NCBI GenBank assembly: GCA_041695225.1
Contig: JBGFRI010000038.1
Span: 1-64,000 of the forward strand
Length of the DNA: 64,000 nucleotides
Direction: 5' to 3'
Source of the DNA: Deinococcota bacterium
GTDB lineage: Bacteria; Deinococcota; Deinococci; Deinococcales; Thermaceae
Shown: positions 47,951 through 57,735 of the stretch, one piece after another
Layout of the letters: every line of letters begins with the position of its first letter
Numbering within the stretch: position 1 is the first letter of the stretch
Made by a program: the position numbers and the translations under genes
Notes under the pieces: model-generated
Database searches by the model: none
Seen by the model: the letters and a program-made list of their open reading frames with translations, nothing else
What the model was told of the DNA's origin: nothing

Positions 47951-48014
47951 GCCCAACTAACGTCTATGAGATGAGCCGCGAACCAAGCGAGTCGGCGCAA
48001 TCTAAGTGTTGGTC
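47951..48014 (-). mobile_element. Degenerate attC site
   Basis: Minus strand gaccaac...cgccgactcgcttggttcgcggctcatctc...GTTAGTT/GTTGGGC. Confidence 0.6.
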
Positions 48015-48019
48015 CACAG

Positions 48020-48235
48020 AATAAAGTTGCGATATCAACCCCTCACACTGGCTTCTGAGGACCTGAAGACCGACCTTGGCGAATCCCCGTACCAACTAGT
48101 CATAAACGGTCGAATACTAGCGAGTCAGCCGATTCCGGAAATCAACGATTAGACGCGCCCCAGTGATGGAGGCAAAGACGTCATGCGCCTTGCGCGACAG
48201 TGCCAGCACCGCTTCACCGATGATGATGAACTCCC
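48020..48235 (-). pseudogene. HEPN/DUF86 (HepT-like) remnant
   Basis: Manual translation REFIIIGEA...IVDFRNRLTR*YSTV with in-frame stops. Confidence 0.65.
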
Positions 48236-48330
48236 GCTTCAATCTTCAAGAGCACACCTCGAGTACTATCAAAGGTTGGCCTACAACCGCTCGAATCAGT
48301 TTACTCGAAGTGAATTTGAAACAGATTCAG

Positions 48331-48401
48331 CCATAACGTTATACGGCTCACCTGTGGCGTCGCCGCAGCCGCTTGTTGGGCAGACAGGGCAGGCGTTAGG
48401 A
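48331..48401 (-). mobile_element. attC site after the DUF952 cassette
   Basis: Stop codon inside TCCTAAC, second GCCCAAC, gcggct.../gagccg arms, closing GTTATGG. Confidence 0.65.
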
Positions 48402-48749
48402 GAAGTCCGTATCAATATCGTGATGATCAAAGCTCCCATCCTCCGCGGGTTCGAAGGATGTGATTCTGGCCACTGCATCTAGGTTGATGGACCCGTAGAC
48501 GTGCGGGAAGGGTTCGAGGCCACCCTCAAGATTTTCATAAATAACTTGGGAAAGCAGCTTCTCTGTATCGATGTGTAACAGGATAAGCCCGGTTGTGCCG
48601 CGGAAGATGTGGTTGGCGACCCGAACCACTTGGTGACCGTTCGAGCAGTGTATGAAACCAGCCGAAGCAAGGGAAGGTGCCTCATATAGACCACGGTGTT
48701 CCGCTTCACACCACTCGTCTTTGGTGGTGATGTGAAAGATGACTGCCAC
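48396..48749 (-). CDS. DUF952-family protein, first integron cassette
   Basis: IFHIT, GFIHCS, FPHVYGSINLDAV; RBS ggagg; GTTGGGC 25 nt upstream. Confidence 0.9.
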   Translation of the reverse strand: MAVIFHITTKDEWCEAEHRGLYEAPSLASAGFIHCSNGHQVVRVANHIFRGTTGLILLHIDTEKLLSQVIYENLEGGLEPFPHVYGSINLDAVARITSFEPAEDGSFDHHDIDTDFS

Positions 48750-48773
48750 AGCCAGCGCCTCCCTGCTTGTTCT

Positions 48774-48835
48774 GCCCAACTAGTGATTAATTATCACCCT
48801 GTCGTATAACACCAAGTATCAGGATCCTTTTGACA
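48774..48835 (-). mobile_element. Candidate attI site
   Basis: AT-rich segment ending taattaatcacta|GTTGGGC between the divergent intI remnant and the first cassette. Confidence 0.55.
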
Positions 48836-48841
48836 TGTCCG

Positions 48842-49110
48842 ATGCACTCAGAAGCCAAAAGGAACACTCAGCCAAAACCTCCCCTTGCTGAACGAGGCTC
48901 GAAACGTCCTGCGTTTGAAGCACATGAGTCGCCGCACGGAAGCCTCGTATATTTTCTACATGCTAGCTTACCTCGGTTTTCATGGCAAGGGCCGACCCAG
49001 AGAAATAGGAACCCGGGAGATACGAACCTGCCTGGCCAATCTGGCCACCAAAGGAAAGGCGGCAGCCTCCGCCCAAAATGTAGCTTTGTCGGCCCCGCTC
49101 TTTATGGACA
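48842..49110 (+). pseudogene. intI: Integron integrase IntI, N-terminal fragment (frameshift near 48884, truncated)
   Basis: LLNEARNVLRLKHMSRRTEASY...FHGKGRPREIG..EIRTCLANLA...AASAQNVALSA matches the IntI N-terminal pattern. Confidence 0.85.
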
Positions 49111-49298
49111 TTGAACCCATGCAAATTACTGGCCTCTGCGAAATCCGGTCTTGGCTTTACGAACCAGCGGGCCTGTGCTAGCCTGTAGGACGGTCTGGTT
49201 TGTGGGTAATCCCCCAGGGCCTCTGTGCAGTTTTCGCACTCAGCAAGGCTTGCTCGCCTGCGGGTTCGCCAGCACTGCACGACAACTAGTTATCGTTT

Positions 49299-49374
49299 GG
49301 GCGACTAACTCAGCTGGTAGAGTGTATCCCTTACAAGGATAAAGTCGGGGGTTCGAGTCCCTCGTCGCCCACCA
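49299..49374 (+). tRNA. tRNA-Val (TAC)
   Basis: Cloverleaf, TAC anticodon, CCA end. Confidence 0.96.
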
Positions 49375-49428
49375 AGTTCCGCGTAACCCACATTACGCCC
49401 AGGTGACACAAAAAGTTCGTCGGCGCGC

Positions 49429-50775
49429 TTATTTCTGGCCCAGCAGTTGCCGATAGAGGTCTGCATAGGCGCGCGCAGGCTTTTCCCACGAGAAGTCGGC
49501 CCTCATGGCGTTTTTGGCGACAGTCTGGCGGTTGGGGTGCTTGAGGAATTCGCTCACGCCGTGCAATACCCCCCCAGCATCCATGGCATCGAAGGTGAAG
49601 CCGGTCTCCCAGTGCTTCACGGTGTCCAAAAGGCCGCCGACCGCCCGCACAATTGGGGGGGTTCCGTACCTCATGGCAATGAGCTGGGCCAGCCCGCAGG
49701 GCTCAAAGCGCGAGGGCATCAAGAAACCATCGCTACCAGCGTAAATGCGATGGGCCAAGGCTTCGTGATAGCCCTGCACGTAAGCCATTCGGCCCGGGAG
49801 ATGTGCGGCCATCCAGGAAAAGCTGCGCTCGAGGTTGGGCTCTCCGCTGCCCAGCACCATCAGGTTTACACCCATGCTCATCAGACCATCCATCGCATCG
49901 GCAATCAGGTCTATGCCCTTCTGGTGGGCAAAGCGCGAGACCACCCCCAGGGTGGGCCGGTCTTCGAGGGCAAACTCGGTCAGCAGCTCGGCGCGGTTGC
50001 CCGCTTTTCCCGAGAGGTCGCTGGCATGGTAGTGGTGTTTTAGATACCTGTCGGTGGCCGGGTTCCAGTACTGGGTGTCCAGACCATTCAAGATGCCCCG
50101 TAGTTTCCACTGCTGCGCCCGCAATACACCATCGAGACCCTCGCCGCCTTCTGGAGTAGTAATCTCCCATGCATACCGGGGCGAGACAGTAGTCACGGCA
50201 TCGGCATTGACGATCCCAGCTTTCATCAGGTTGACCAGCCCATTGTGCTCGAGGCCCGCCCCATAATAGGTCTCTCCGGACAGCCGCGTCCAGGCATAAA
50301 AATCCTGCGAGCCCCAGACGCCCTGGTAGGCCAGATTGTGGATGGTATAGACCGTGCGGGCCCTGAACCAGCCTGAGTTTCGCAATACCGGCAGCAAGGC
50401 CGCCTGCCAGTCGTGGGCATGCACAATCTCGAAATCGCTCAGCAGTTCTGCAGTAGCCATGGCAAAGCGCACAAAGCGGCGGAAGTCGTCGGGGTAGCCG
50501 TAGGGTTTGTCGCGGGCAAACTCCCCCAGCCCCACCAGCACATAGCGCATACCCCTGTGCTCGGCGTGGCCAATCCCAATTTTCTCGCGGCTGCCCTCGA
50601 AATTGAACCAGGCTTCGCCCACGTAATAACCCGGGATGCCCCAGTACCAGGGCAGAAAGATGGTGGGTTCCAGACCGTGAGCCCTGAGCGCGAAGGGTAG
50701 GCTACCCACCACATCGGCCAGGCCACCCACTTTGGCAAAAGGAAAGGCTTCGGAGGCAACTACAGCGAGTTTCAT
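49429..50775 (-). CDS. glgA: Glycogen synthase
   Basis: KVGGLADV, HAHDWQ, TIHNLAYQG, PSRFEPCGL. Confidence 0.97.
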   Translation of the reverse strand: MKLAVVASEAFPFAKVGGLADVVGSLPFALRAHGLEPTIFLPWYWGIPGYYVGEAWFNFEGSREKIGIGHAEHRGMRYVLVGLGEFARDKPYGYPDDFRRFVRFAMATAELLSDFEIVHAHDWQAALLPVLRNSGWFRARTVYTIHNLAYQGVWGSQDFYAWTRLSGETYYGAGLEHNGLVNLMKAGIVNADAVTTVSPRYAWEITTPEGGEGLDGVLRAQQWKLRGILNGLDTQYWNPATDRYLKHHYHASDLSGKAGNRAELLTEFALEDRPTLGVVSRFAHQKGIDLIADAMDGLMSMGVNLMVLGSGEPNLERSFSWMAAHLPGRMAYVQGYHEALAHRIYAGSDGFLMPSRFEPCGLAQLIAMRYGTPPIVRAVGGLLDTVKHWETGFTFDAMDAGGVLHGVSEFLKHPNRQTVAKNAMRADFSWEKPARAYADLYRQLLGQK

Positions 50776-50790
50776 AGGCGCACCAGCAGT

Positions 50791-51243
50791 CTACTCCTTT
50801 GGCTGCATATGTTCACGCCAGACGCCATCCGGCAGCCAGACACCAGAGGCCCTCTGCACACTTTGCAGGCTGGGATAAGTGTAGACCCAGGCCAGGCAGG
50901 CCTCATCTGCCCGATTAGAAAGGTATGCAGTGGCTGGTCTTCGCAGGTATTCGCGGCCCTCGTCCTCGAGCCCATCCAGTATGTCCAGCGCCTGGTTAAG
51001 GTCGGCAAACCACTGCACCTCGCCCCAGACCCGGCCCTGCTGGCCGGCTGGACTGGCCATCACCACCGCCGGATAGCCGTAGGGCAGCCGCCCGCGCCGG
51101 GAAATGTAAAATAGCTGAAAACCCTCGATGTAGGCTGGCTCCGAGCGAACCCACCCCGCCTGCTTCGTGACCGCAAAATTGCGCTCCCCTTGCTTCAGGG
51201 TACCGTACACAAAGATCGCCCCGGGAAGCTCCGTCACGCCCAT
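50791..51243 (-). CDS. Gamma-glutamylcyclotransferase family protein
   Basis: FVYGTLKQG, YPAV, LDGLE, AWVY. Confidence 0.85.
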   Translation of the reverse strand: MGVTELPGAIFVYGTLKQGERNFAVTKQAGWVRSEPAYIEGFQLFYISRRGRLPYGYPAVVMASPAGQQGRVWGEVQWFADLNQALDILDGLEDEGREYLRRPATAYLSNRADEACLAWVYTYPSLQSVQRASGVWLPDGVWREHMQPKE

Positions 51244-51458
51244 CAGAATACCGTCTATCCTCGGCCCAAAATCTGTTCGTACCAGCCAGTTCAAGGTAGG
51301 TAGCATTCACTGTCTGGGCCGGCCTTTACCCCTGCCCCACTCCCGGAGGGCAACGGCTTCCAATCTGGCAGAAAGATGTATTGCGCAAGAAGCAGTTTCT
51401 GAAACTGGCTGCTGAACAGACCCTTTGCAGAGTGGCCCAGCGTCCAAAGAACCAGCGT

Positions 51459-52148
51459 TTACCGCCCCAACAACAGCACCACCACCGGGTGCTCGGTATC
51501 GGGCAGCGAGAGTAGCTTGCACACGGCCTCGTCGTAAAAGGTTGCCGCTGGATAGGCCTGAAGCCCCAGGGCGGTGGCTGCAACCATCACCTCGCCCACC
51601 GCATAACCCACCTCGAGCAGGGCGTACCGGAAACCACGCAGACCAAACACTGCTTCGGAGCGCTCAGGTACCGTATTAAAAACCACCAGGGCGGCAGCGG
51701 TCTCTACCGCTTCCAGTCCCATCAGGGCCAATTTCCAGCTTTTGCCATTGAACTGGGCCGAGAGTTGTTCTAGCTGATGCTGTTTTGCCGCGTAGTGGTA
51801 GACGCCCTGAAAGGTGTCTTGCAAGTGCTGCACAGCCAGGTAGACCTCGAGGGGGTACGCACCCCCCGCCGAAGGATAGCCCCGCCCACCCCGGCGCACC
51901 GCAAGTGGGGCCAGCACCTGTGAAAGCTCGGCCAGGGTGATGGAGGAGCCCACTTTGGGAGTGGTGGGCGCAAGCCGGGAAAGCACCCGCCAGACCGCCG
52001 GGCCGCCCTGTCGTACCGGCTCGGCTAGTTCCACCGACTCCAGCGGGTTGGCATATACTTTGGCGGCTGGTGCCCGACCGCCCGGAAGCTGGTCCCCGGG
52101 GAAGATACGGGTCAGACGGTAAAAAGCCTTGCCGGGATGCTTGTCCAT
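51459..52148 (-). CDS. SagB-type nitroreductase family protein
   Basis: YPSAGGAYPLEVY, GVYHY, RYALLEVG. Confidence 0.85.
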   Translation of the reverse strand: MDKHPGKAFYRLTRIFPGDQLPGGRAPAAKVYANPLESVELAEPVRQGGPAVWRVLSRLAPTTPKVGSSITLAELSQVLAPLAVRRGGRGYPSAGGAYPLEVYLAVQHLQDTFQGVYHYAAKQHQLEQLSAQFNGKSWKLALMGLEAVETAAALVVFNTVPERSEAVFGLRGFRYALLEVGYAVGEVMVAATALGLQAYPAATFYDEAVCKLLSLPDTEHPVVVLLLGR

Positions 52149-52217
52149 AAATGTCGATAGCTTATAGCCGATAGTCTATAGCCAAACCTCTTTAGGCTAA
52201 AGGCTATCAGCAACTGG

Positions 52218-53459
52218 CTAGAATCTGTAGCTCTTGGGCACCACCACAATGCCCTCGGGCGTGACGGTGAAGCCCCTGGCCCGGTCGGCCTCGAGGTCGT
52301 AGCCAATCTCGGCGTGCGGGGGAATGCTGACATTCTTGTCTACGATGGTGTTGCGTAGCTTGGCGTAACGCCCCACCTCAACCTCGTCAAACAGGATGCT
52401 GCGCTCGACCAGGGCGTAGGAATTGACACGACACCGACGGAAGACCACCGACTCGCGCAAAGTTCCGCCCGAGATGATGCAGCCCCCGGCGAGCAGGCTG
52501 TTAAAGGCCTGCCCGGTGCGGGCGCCGGCCTCGTGGACAAACTTGGCCGGCGGGGAGTTGAAATTAGCAGCCCTCAGCGGCCAGTCGGGGTTGTAGAGGT
52601 CAAACTCCGGAGTGACCTGTATCAGGTCCATGCTGGCCTCGAAGTAAGCGTCAATGGTTCCTACATCGCGCCAGTAGGTGTTGGGAACGCGCTGGCCAGG
52701 GATAGGGTTGCGTTTGAAGTCGTAGACCTGGATGCGGTACCCTTCGCTTAGAGCACGGGGAATCACATCCTTGCCAAAGTCGTGCGAGGAATTGGGGTCC
52801 TTGGCATCGTGCTCGAGCTTCTCCACCAGGGCCTCGGTACGAAAAAGATAGTTACCCATCGAGACCAGGGCCAGGTCAGATTTACCGGGGATGGGGGTGG
52901 GGTTTTTTGGCTTTTCCTGAAAGCCCACCATGCGCCACTGCTCATCTACCTGAAGCACCCCAAAGCGGCTGGCCTGTTCGATGGGCACCGGGTAGGCTGC
53001 AATGGTCATATCGGCGCGGGTATCGGAGTGGTAGTCCATCATGTGGGCGATATTCATCTTGAAGATGTGGTCGCCTCCAAAAATCGCCACACTATCTGGT
53101 TTGTGATTACCAATTAAGTGCAGGTTCTGGTAGATGGCATCCGCAGTGCCGCGATACCAGACCGGCCCTAGCTCCTCGTAGCGGTACATCTGGGCAGGAA
53201 CCAGCAGAATAAAAGCGTCCTCCAGAAAGCCGCCAAAGCGCCAGTGCCGCTGCACATGCTCGGTAAGGGACTGGGCTTTGAACTGGGTAAGCACATAAAT
53301 GCCAAAGATGCCCGAGTTCAGGAAGTTGTTAAGCACAAAATCTACTATGCGGTAACGCGCCCCAAATGGCACCGAAGGTTTGGCGCGCTTGGCCGTTAGG
53401 GGGAATAACCTGGAACCCTGGCCCCCCGCGAGAATCATTCCAAGAACTCGCATTGACAT
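52218..53459 (-). CDS. glgC: Glucose-1-phosphate adenylyltransferase
   Basis: [36 protein letters not shown]. Confidence 0.97.
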   Translation of the reverse strand: MSMRVLGMILAGGQGSRLFPLTAKRAKPSVPFGARYRIVDFVLNNFLNSGIFGIYVLTQFKAQSLTEHVQRHWRFGGFLEDAFILLVPAQMYRYEELGPVWYRGTADAIYQNLHLIGNHKPDSVAIFGGDHIFKMNIAHMMDYHSDTRADMTIAAYPVPIEQASRFGVLQVDEQWRMVGFQEKPKNPTPIPGKSDLALVSMGNYLFRTEALVEKLEHDAKDPNSSHDFGKDVIPRALSEGYRIQVYDFKRNPIPGQRVPNTYWRDVGTIDAYFEASMDLIQVTPEFDLYNPDWPLRAANFNSPPAKFVHEAGARTGQAFNSLLAGGCIISGGTLRESVVFRRCRVNSYALVERSILFDEVEVGRYAKLRNTIVDKNVSIPPHAEIGYDLEADRARGFTVTPEGIVVVPKSYRF

Positions 53460-53952
53460 GACGACGCTGCCTCCTTTGTTACAGCATAACAGGCTTGGGG
53501 TCTAGCCGAAAGCCTGAAGCTGAAGGCCGATAGCTGATAGCTGATGGTCAATAGTCGATAGTCGATAGCTGATAGCCAAATAGTCGATAGTCGATAGTCG
53601 ATAGCCCATAGTCAATAGCTGGTGGCCAAAAGCGAGACAAAAACAATGTCTTACTTTCGCTTTAGAGCTTGACCCACCCCGCCATACGGTAAAACGCGCG
53701 CCTAGATGAGCATTGCTGATGGCCGATAGCTAATAGCCGATAGCGGGTCAGCCTCAGTGTTTTAGGCTGTAACCTACCTCGCCATAGGGTAAAACACATG
53801 CCTCGACGAGCATTTGACTTGCGACATGCAACCTGAGACCTGTGACCTGAGACCTGCGACTTTTGACCTTCGACCTGAGACTGTGACCTGTGACCTGGTC
53901 CCGGTCTTCACCCAGACTCCCTGCCACCCGGCTGTGGGTATACTTTTCCAGC

Positions 53953-56115
53953 ATGAAGCTTTCATACCAGGACCTGGAGTGGCGCACTTTTGCCGACGAT
54001 TCCGCGGATATTGTGGCATTCCCGCTGGCGCCCCCTTTTTTTGGTCAGGAGCGGGCCAGAGCAGCTTTGGAGCTAGCCATTCAGGGTGGGTTCCACGCCT
54101 ATCTGGTGGGGCCTTCGAGCCTGGGCAAGCATGAGGCGTTGCTGGCTTATCTGGGCACTCAGTCGGTTGAAACCCCGCCGGACCTGCTCTACGTGCCCCT
54201 GTCGGAGCGCAGGGTGGCGGTGCTTACCCTGCCCAGCGGGCAGGAAACCCATCTGGCCGATGCGGTAGAGAACCTGCTTCTGGAGGTCAGTCGTCTGGAC
54301 GAGTTGTTTCGTCAGACCTCTTTCTTGCGGGAAAAAACCCAGCTCGAGGCCCGTTTCAAAGACTTCCGCGACCAGCAGCTGGCCTCGCTACAGCAAGAAG
54401 CCCGGGAAGCCGGGTTCGCTTTGTCCATCAATGGGGATCGGCCAGAGTTTACTGGCCCCGGCCCGGTTCCCGCCGAACTAACTGCCAGGCTGGAAGAGGT
54501 CACCCTGGGAAGCCTGGCCGCCGCCGCCGAACTCGAGGTCTCGCTAAGGCGGCTACGCCGCGACTGGGCCATGCACTACCTCAATAACCGGGTTGAGCCC
54601 TTGTTTCAGCGTTTTCCCCAGGCCCGCCCCTACCTCGAGGCCCTGCGGGGCCGTCTGGCCCGCTATGCCGAAACCGGCGAACCCCTCGACCCCGCGCAGT
54701 GGCGGCCCAATCTGCTAACCTCTTCCAGCAGCGGCAAACCGCCCCCCATCGTGTATGAGCCCTACGCTACCGCTCCCCGTCTGTTTGGACGGCTGGATTA
54801 CGTGGTTGACCGGGGGGTGTGGAGCACCAATGCCAGCCTGATCCGCCCGGGGGCCATCCACCGCGCCCAGGGCGGCTATCTAATTCTGGATGCCCTGAGC
54901 CTTAAACGCGAGGGAACCTGGGAGCCTTTTAAACGTGCGCTGCGCAATGGGCAGGTCGAACCCGTAACCGAGCCTCAGGCGCCGGCCAGCCTCGAGGTCG
55001 AACCCTTCCCCATCCAGATCCAGGTCATGCTGGTGGGAACCCACGAAGCCTTCGAGTGGCTCGAGGAAGACCCAGCTTTCAACGAGCTATTTCGCATCCG
55101 GGTGGAGTTCTCCCCCACCCTACCCGCAACCCCGGACAACCTGTTGGCGCTGGGTGGGTGGCTTCAGGCCCAGGGTTTCCAGCTTACCCACGGTGGCCTG
55201 ATCCGGCTCTTCGACGAGGCCCGACGCAGCATCGAACAGCGCAACCGCATGGATGCCCGCCTGGTGGAGACCCGGGCCCTGGCCGAGGAAGCCTCGGTGC
55301 TGGGCAACGGGGTCCTCTCGGCCCAGGCAGTGACCGAGGCCATTCAGGCCCGCGATTACCGGGGTTTACAGTCCGAGGAAGACTTTTTGCGGGCCGTGCA
55401 GGAGGGGGTCGTCAGTCTCAGGGTCACTGGTCAGGGGGTGGGCGAGGTCAATAGCCTGGTGGTGGTCGAGTCCCCTCCCTACTGGGGGCGCCCCGCTCGC
55501 CTGACCGCCCGGGCTGCCCCCGGCCGTGACCACCTGATCTCTATAGACCGGGAGGCGGGCCTGGGAGGGCAGATCTTCCACAAGGCGGTGCTGACCCTGG
55601 CCGGTTATCTTCGCAGCCGGTATATCGAGAGCGGCTCACTACCCGCCACCATCAGCCTGGCCTTTGAACAAAGCTACGTCTCCATGGATGGCGATTCGGC
55701 AGGGCTGGCCGAGCTGGTCGCCGTACTCTCGGCCATCGGCAACTTTCCCCTCCGGCAAGACCTGGCGGTGACGGGCGCGGTGGACCAGACCGGCAAAGTG
55801 CTAACGGTGGGGGCCATCAATGCCAAGGTCGAGGGGTTTTTCCGGGTCTGCAAGGTGCTGGGCCTCAGCGGAGCCCAGGGCGTGGTGCTACCCAAAGCCA
55901 ATATCTCCAGCCTGACCCTGCGGGCCGAGGTACTCGAGGCTATCCGGGATGGTCAGTTTCACCTCTACGCGGTCGAAACGGTAGAACAGGCCCTGGAACT
56001 GCTCACCGGCGCCCGTGTAGATGGCTTCCGGGGCTTACAAGACAAGATCAGGGCCGGGCTGGAAATGTTTGCCAAGCTGGAAGATGATCGCGACAAAGAC
56101 GATAAAGCAACTTAG
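53953..56115 (+). CDS. lonC: Lon-like protease LonC (S16, ATP-independent type)
   Basis: FFGQERA, degenerate Walker A GPSSLGKH, DGDSAG catalytic Ser, AKVEGFF Lys. Confidence 0.92.
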   Translation: MKLSYQDLEWRTFADDSADIVAFPLAPPFFGQERARAALELAIQGGFHAYLVGPSSLGKHEALLAYLGTQSVETPPDLLYVPLSERRVAVLTLPSGQETHLADAVENLLLEVSRLDELFRQTSFLREKTQLEARFKDFRDQQLASLQQEAREAGFALSINGDRPEFTGPGPVPAELTARLEEVTLGSLAAAAELEVSLRRLRRDWAMHYLNNRVEPLFQRFPQARPYLEALRGRLARYAETGEPLDPAQWRPNLLTSSSSGKPPPIVYEPYATAPRLFGRLDYVVDRGVWSTNASLIRPGAIHRAQGGYLILDALSLKREGTWEPFKRALRNGQVEPVTEPQAPASLEVEPFPIQIQVMLVGTHEAFEWLEEDPAFNELFRIRVEFSPTLPATPDNLLALGGWLQAQGFQLTHGGLIRLFDEARRSIEQRNRMDARLVETRALAEEASVLGNGVLSAQAVTEAIQARDYRGLQSEEDFLRAVQEGVVSLRVTGQGVGEVNSLVVVESPPYWGRPARLTARAAPGRDHLISIDREAGLGGQIFHKAVLTLAGYLRSRYIESGSLPATISLAFEQSYVSMDGDSAGLAELVAVLSAIGNFPLRQDLAVTGAVDQTGKVLTVGAINAKVEGFFRVCKVLGLSGAQGVVLPKANISSLTLRAEVLEAIRDGQFHLYAVETVEQALELLTGARVDGFRGLQDKIRAGLEMFAKLEDDRDKDDKAT

Positions 56116-56285
56116 ATTCACCATGGTAGGGAGGTCGCAGGTTACAGGTCGCAGGTCGCAGGTCTAGGGTCGCAAGTCCCAAGTCTCAGGTCTCAGGTCC
56201 TAAAGCTATCAGCTATTGACTATGGGCTATCGACTATTGACTATCAACTATTGACTATTGGCTATGCGCTATCAGCCACGTATCT

Positions 56286-57323
56286 TTGGCGTATCATGCG
56301 ATTGTGCGCTGCTGGGTAGTCGGGTTGGTTCTACTGGGAAGTCTGGCCCTGGCCCAGGACGCCCAGACCTTTGCCCTGCGGCTCGAGCAAGCCTGGAGGC
56401 TGGTCAAGGAGCGCTACTACGACACCAGCTTCAATGGCGTGAACTGGGAGGCCGTGGGCAATACCTACCGGCTCAAGCTGGGCCAGGTAAGAGACTGGGA
56501 TGAGCTGTATCGTCTGCTCGACGATATGTACGGCGAGCTGCGCGATGACCACTCGAGGGTTCTGAGCCCTGCTCAGGCACAGCGTTACCTGAGCGGGACG
56601 CAGTGTTTTGCTCTACCCTTCCGGGATCAGGAACTGCTTCCCGCGGTTACCCTGCCCGCACCTGCCGGCCCAGGCCCTCCCGGTACCGCCCCAACCCGGC
56701 CAGTAAGCCCAGTCCCAGCACCCGCCCAGCCTACCCGGCCACCCTACCAGGCTGCCGAGGTACGTTTTACCGATGGGGTGGTGATTGTTCGGCTGAGCAA
56801 CCTGGTAGACGTAGCGGGCCTGCGCGTGTTGCAGGACGCCATCCGCCGCTACGACGCCAGGGCCCGGGGCTATGTGCTAGACCTGCGCGGCAACCCCGGC
56901 GGGCTGGTGCTGCGCATGGCCGAGGTGGCCGGGGTCTTCATGCGGGGCGTACCCTGGCGCATTGTCAGCCGGGGCATTGGGGCCATTCCGGTACCAACTA
57001 TTCCGTTCTTCGGACGCCCCCAGACCCAAAAACCGCTGGTAGTGCTGATTGATGGCAGTGTGCACTCGGCCGCCGAGGGACTGGCGGGCGCACTCAAAAA
57101 CGCTAACCGGGCCTTTGTTATCGGCACCCGTAGCGCAGGCAACACCGAAGCCCTTACCCCCTACTGCTTCCCCGACGGCGGTGTTGCGCTGGTTGCTGGC
57201 GGGGTGCTGGCCCCTTTCTTTGGGCCTACCTGGGAGGGGCGCGGGGTTGAGCCCGACCTGGTCGAAAGAGACCCCCACGAACAGCTCGAGGCCGCCCTGC
57301 GCCACATTCTGCGCCAGCGGTAG
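56286..57323 (+). CDS. S41-family (tail-specific) peptidase
   Basis: DDHS, LDLRGNPGG, SAAE; signal peptide. Confidence 0.88.
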   Translation: MAYHAIVRCWVVGLVLLGSLALAQDAQTFALRLEQAWRLVKERYYDTSFNGVNWEAVGNTYRLKLGQVRDWDELYRLLDDMYGELRDDHSRVLSPAQAQRYLSGTQCFALPFRDQELLPAVTLPAPAGPGPPGTAPTRPVSPVPAPAQPTRPPYQAAEVRFTDGVVIVRLSNLVDVAGLRVLQDAIRRYDARARGYVLDLRGNPGGLVLRMAEVAGVFMRGVPWRIVSRGIGAIPVPTIPFFGRPQTQKPLVVLIDGSVHSAAEGLAGALKNANRAFVIGTRSAGNTEALTPYCFPDGGVALVAGGVLAPFFGPTWEGRGVEPDLVERDPHEQLEAALRHILRQR

Positions 57324-57735
57324 CGACTACTCGCCATCAGTAAGTCTCGGGCCTGAGCTAGAGAGAATTCTGAAGTTACCTGGACACCCACCCTCCTGAG
57401 GAGAATGTTCAATGAGGACCCTAGCTGAGAGGGCGGCACTCTGGGCCCCCTATCCCAAAGACAGCGGTCGAAGGTCTAAAGACCAAGGTCGAAGGCCGAA
57501 ACGCGAGAGCGCCGCAGACCTTCGACCTTAAACCTTGGACATTCGACGAGCAGTCGAAGGCCAGAACTCGAGACCGTCGCAGACCTTAGACCTTAGACTT
57601 TCGACCTTAGACCTTCGACCATAGACCTACGAAGATAGGAGCACTGCGCTCAATACAATTTGGGTTAAGCCATGACCACAAGATGACACCTTCCAGTTTT
57701 ACTGGGTTAGGGTGCGCCCCAGGGGGTTGATCACA

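Noticed and set aside
49299..49374. tRNA-Val as the integration site of the integron region
   Set aside because: The accessory DNA lies 5' of the tRNA and no duplicated tRNA fragment was found at the other end.
51459..52148. SagB-type dehydrogenase as part of a TOMM/RiPP cluster
   Set aside because: No YcaO or precursor peptide nearby; it sits among glycogen genes as a stand-alone nitroreductase.
53953..56115. Degenerate Walker motifs as pseudogenisation of lon
   Set aside because: Characteristic of the ATP-independent LonC subfamily.
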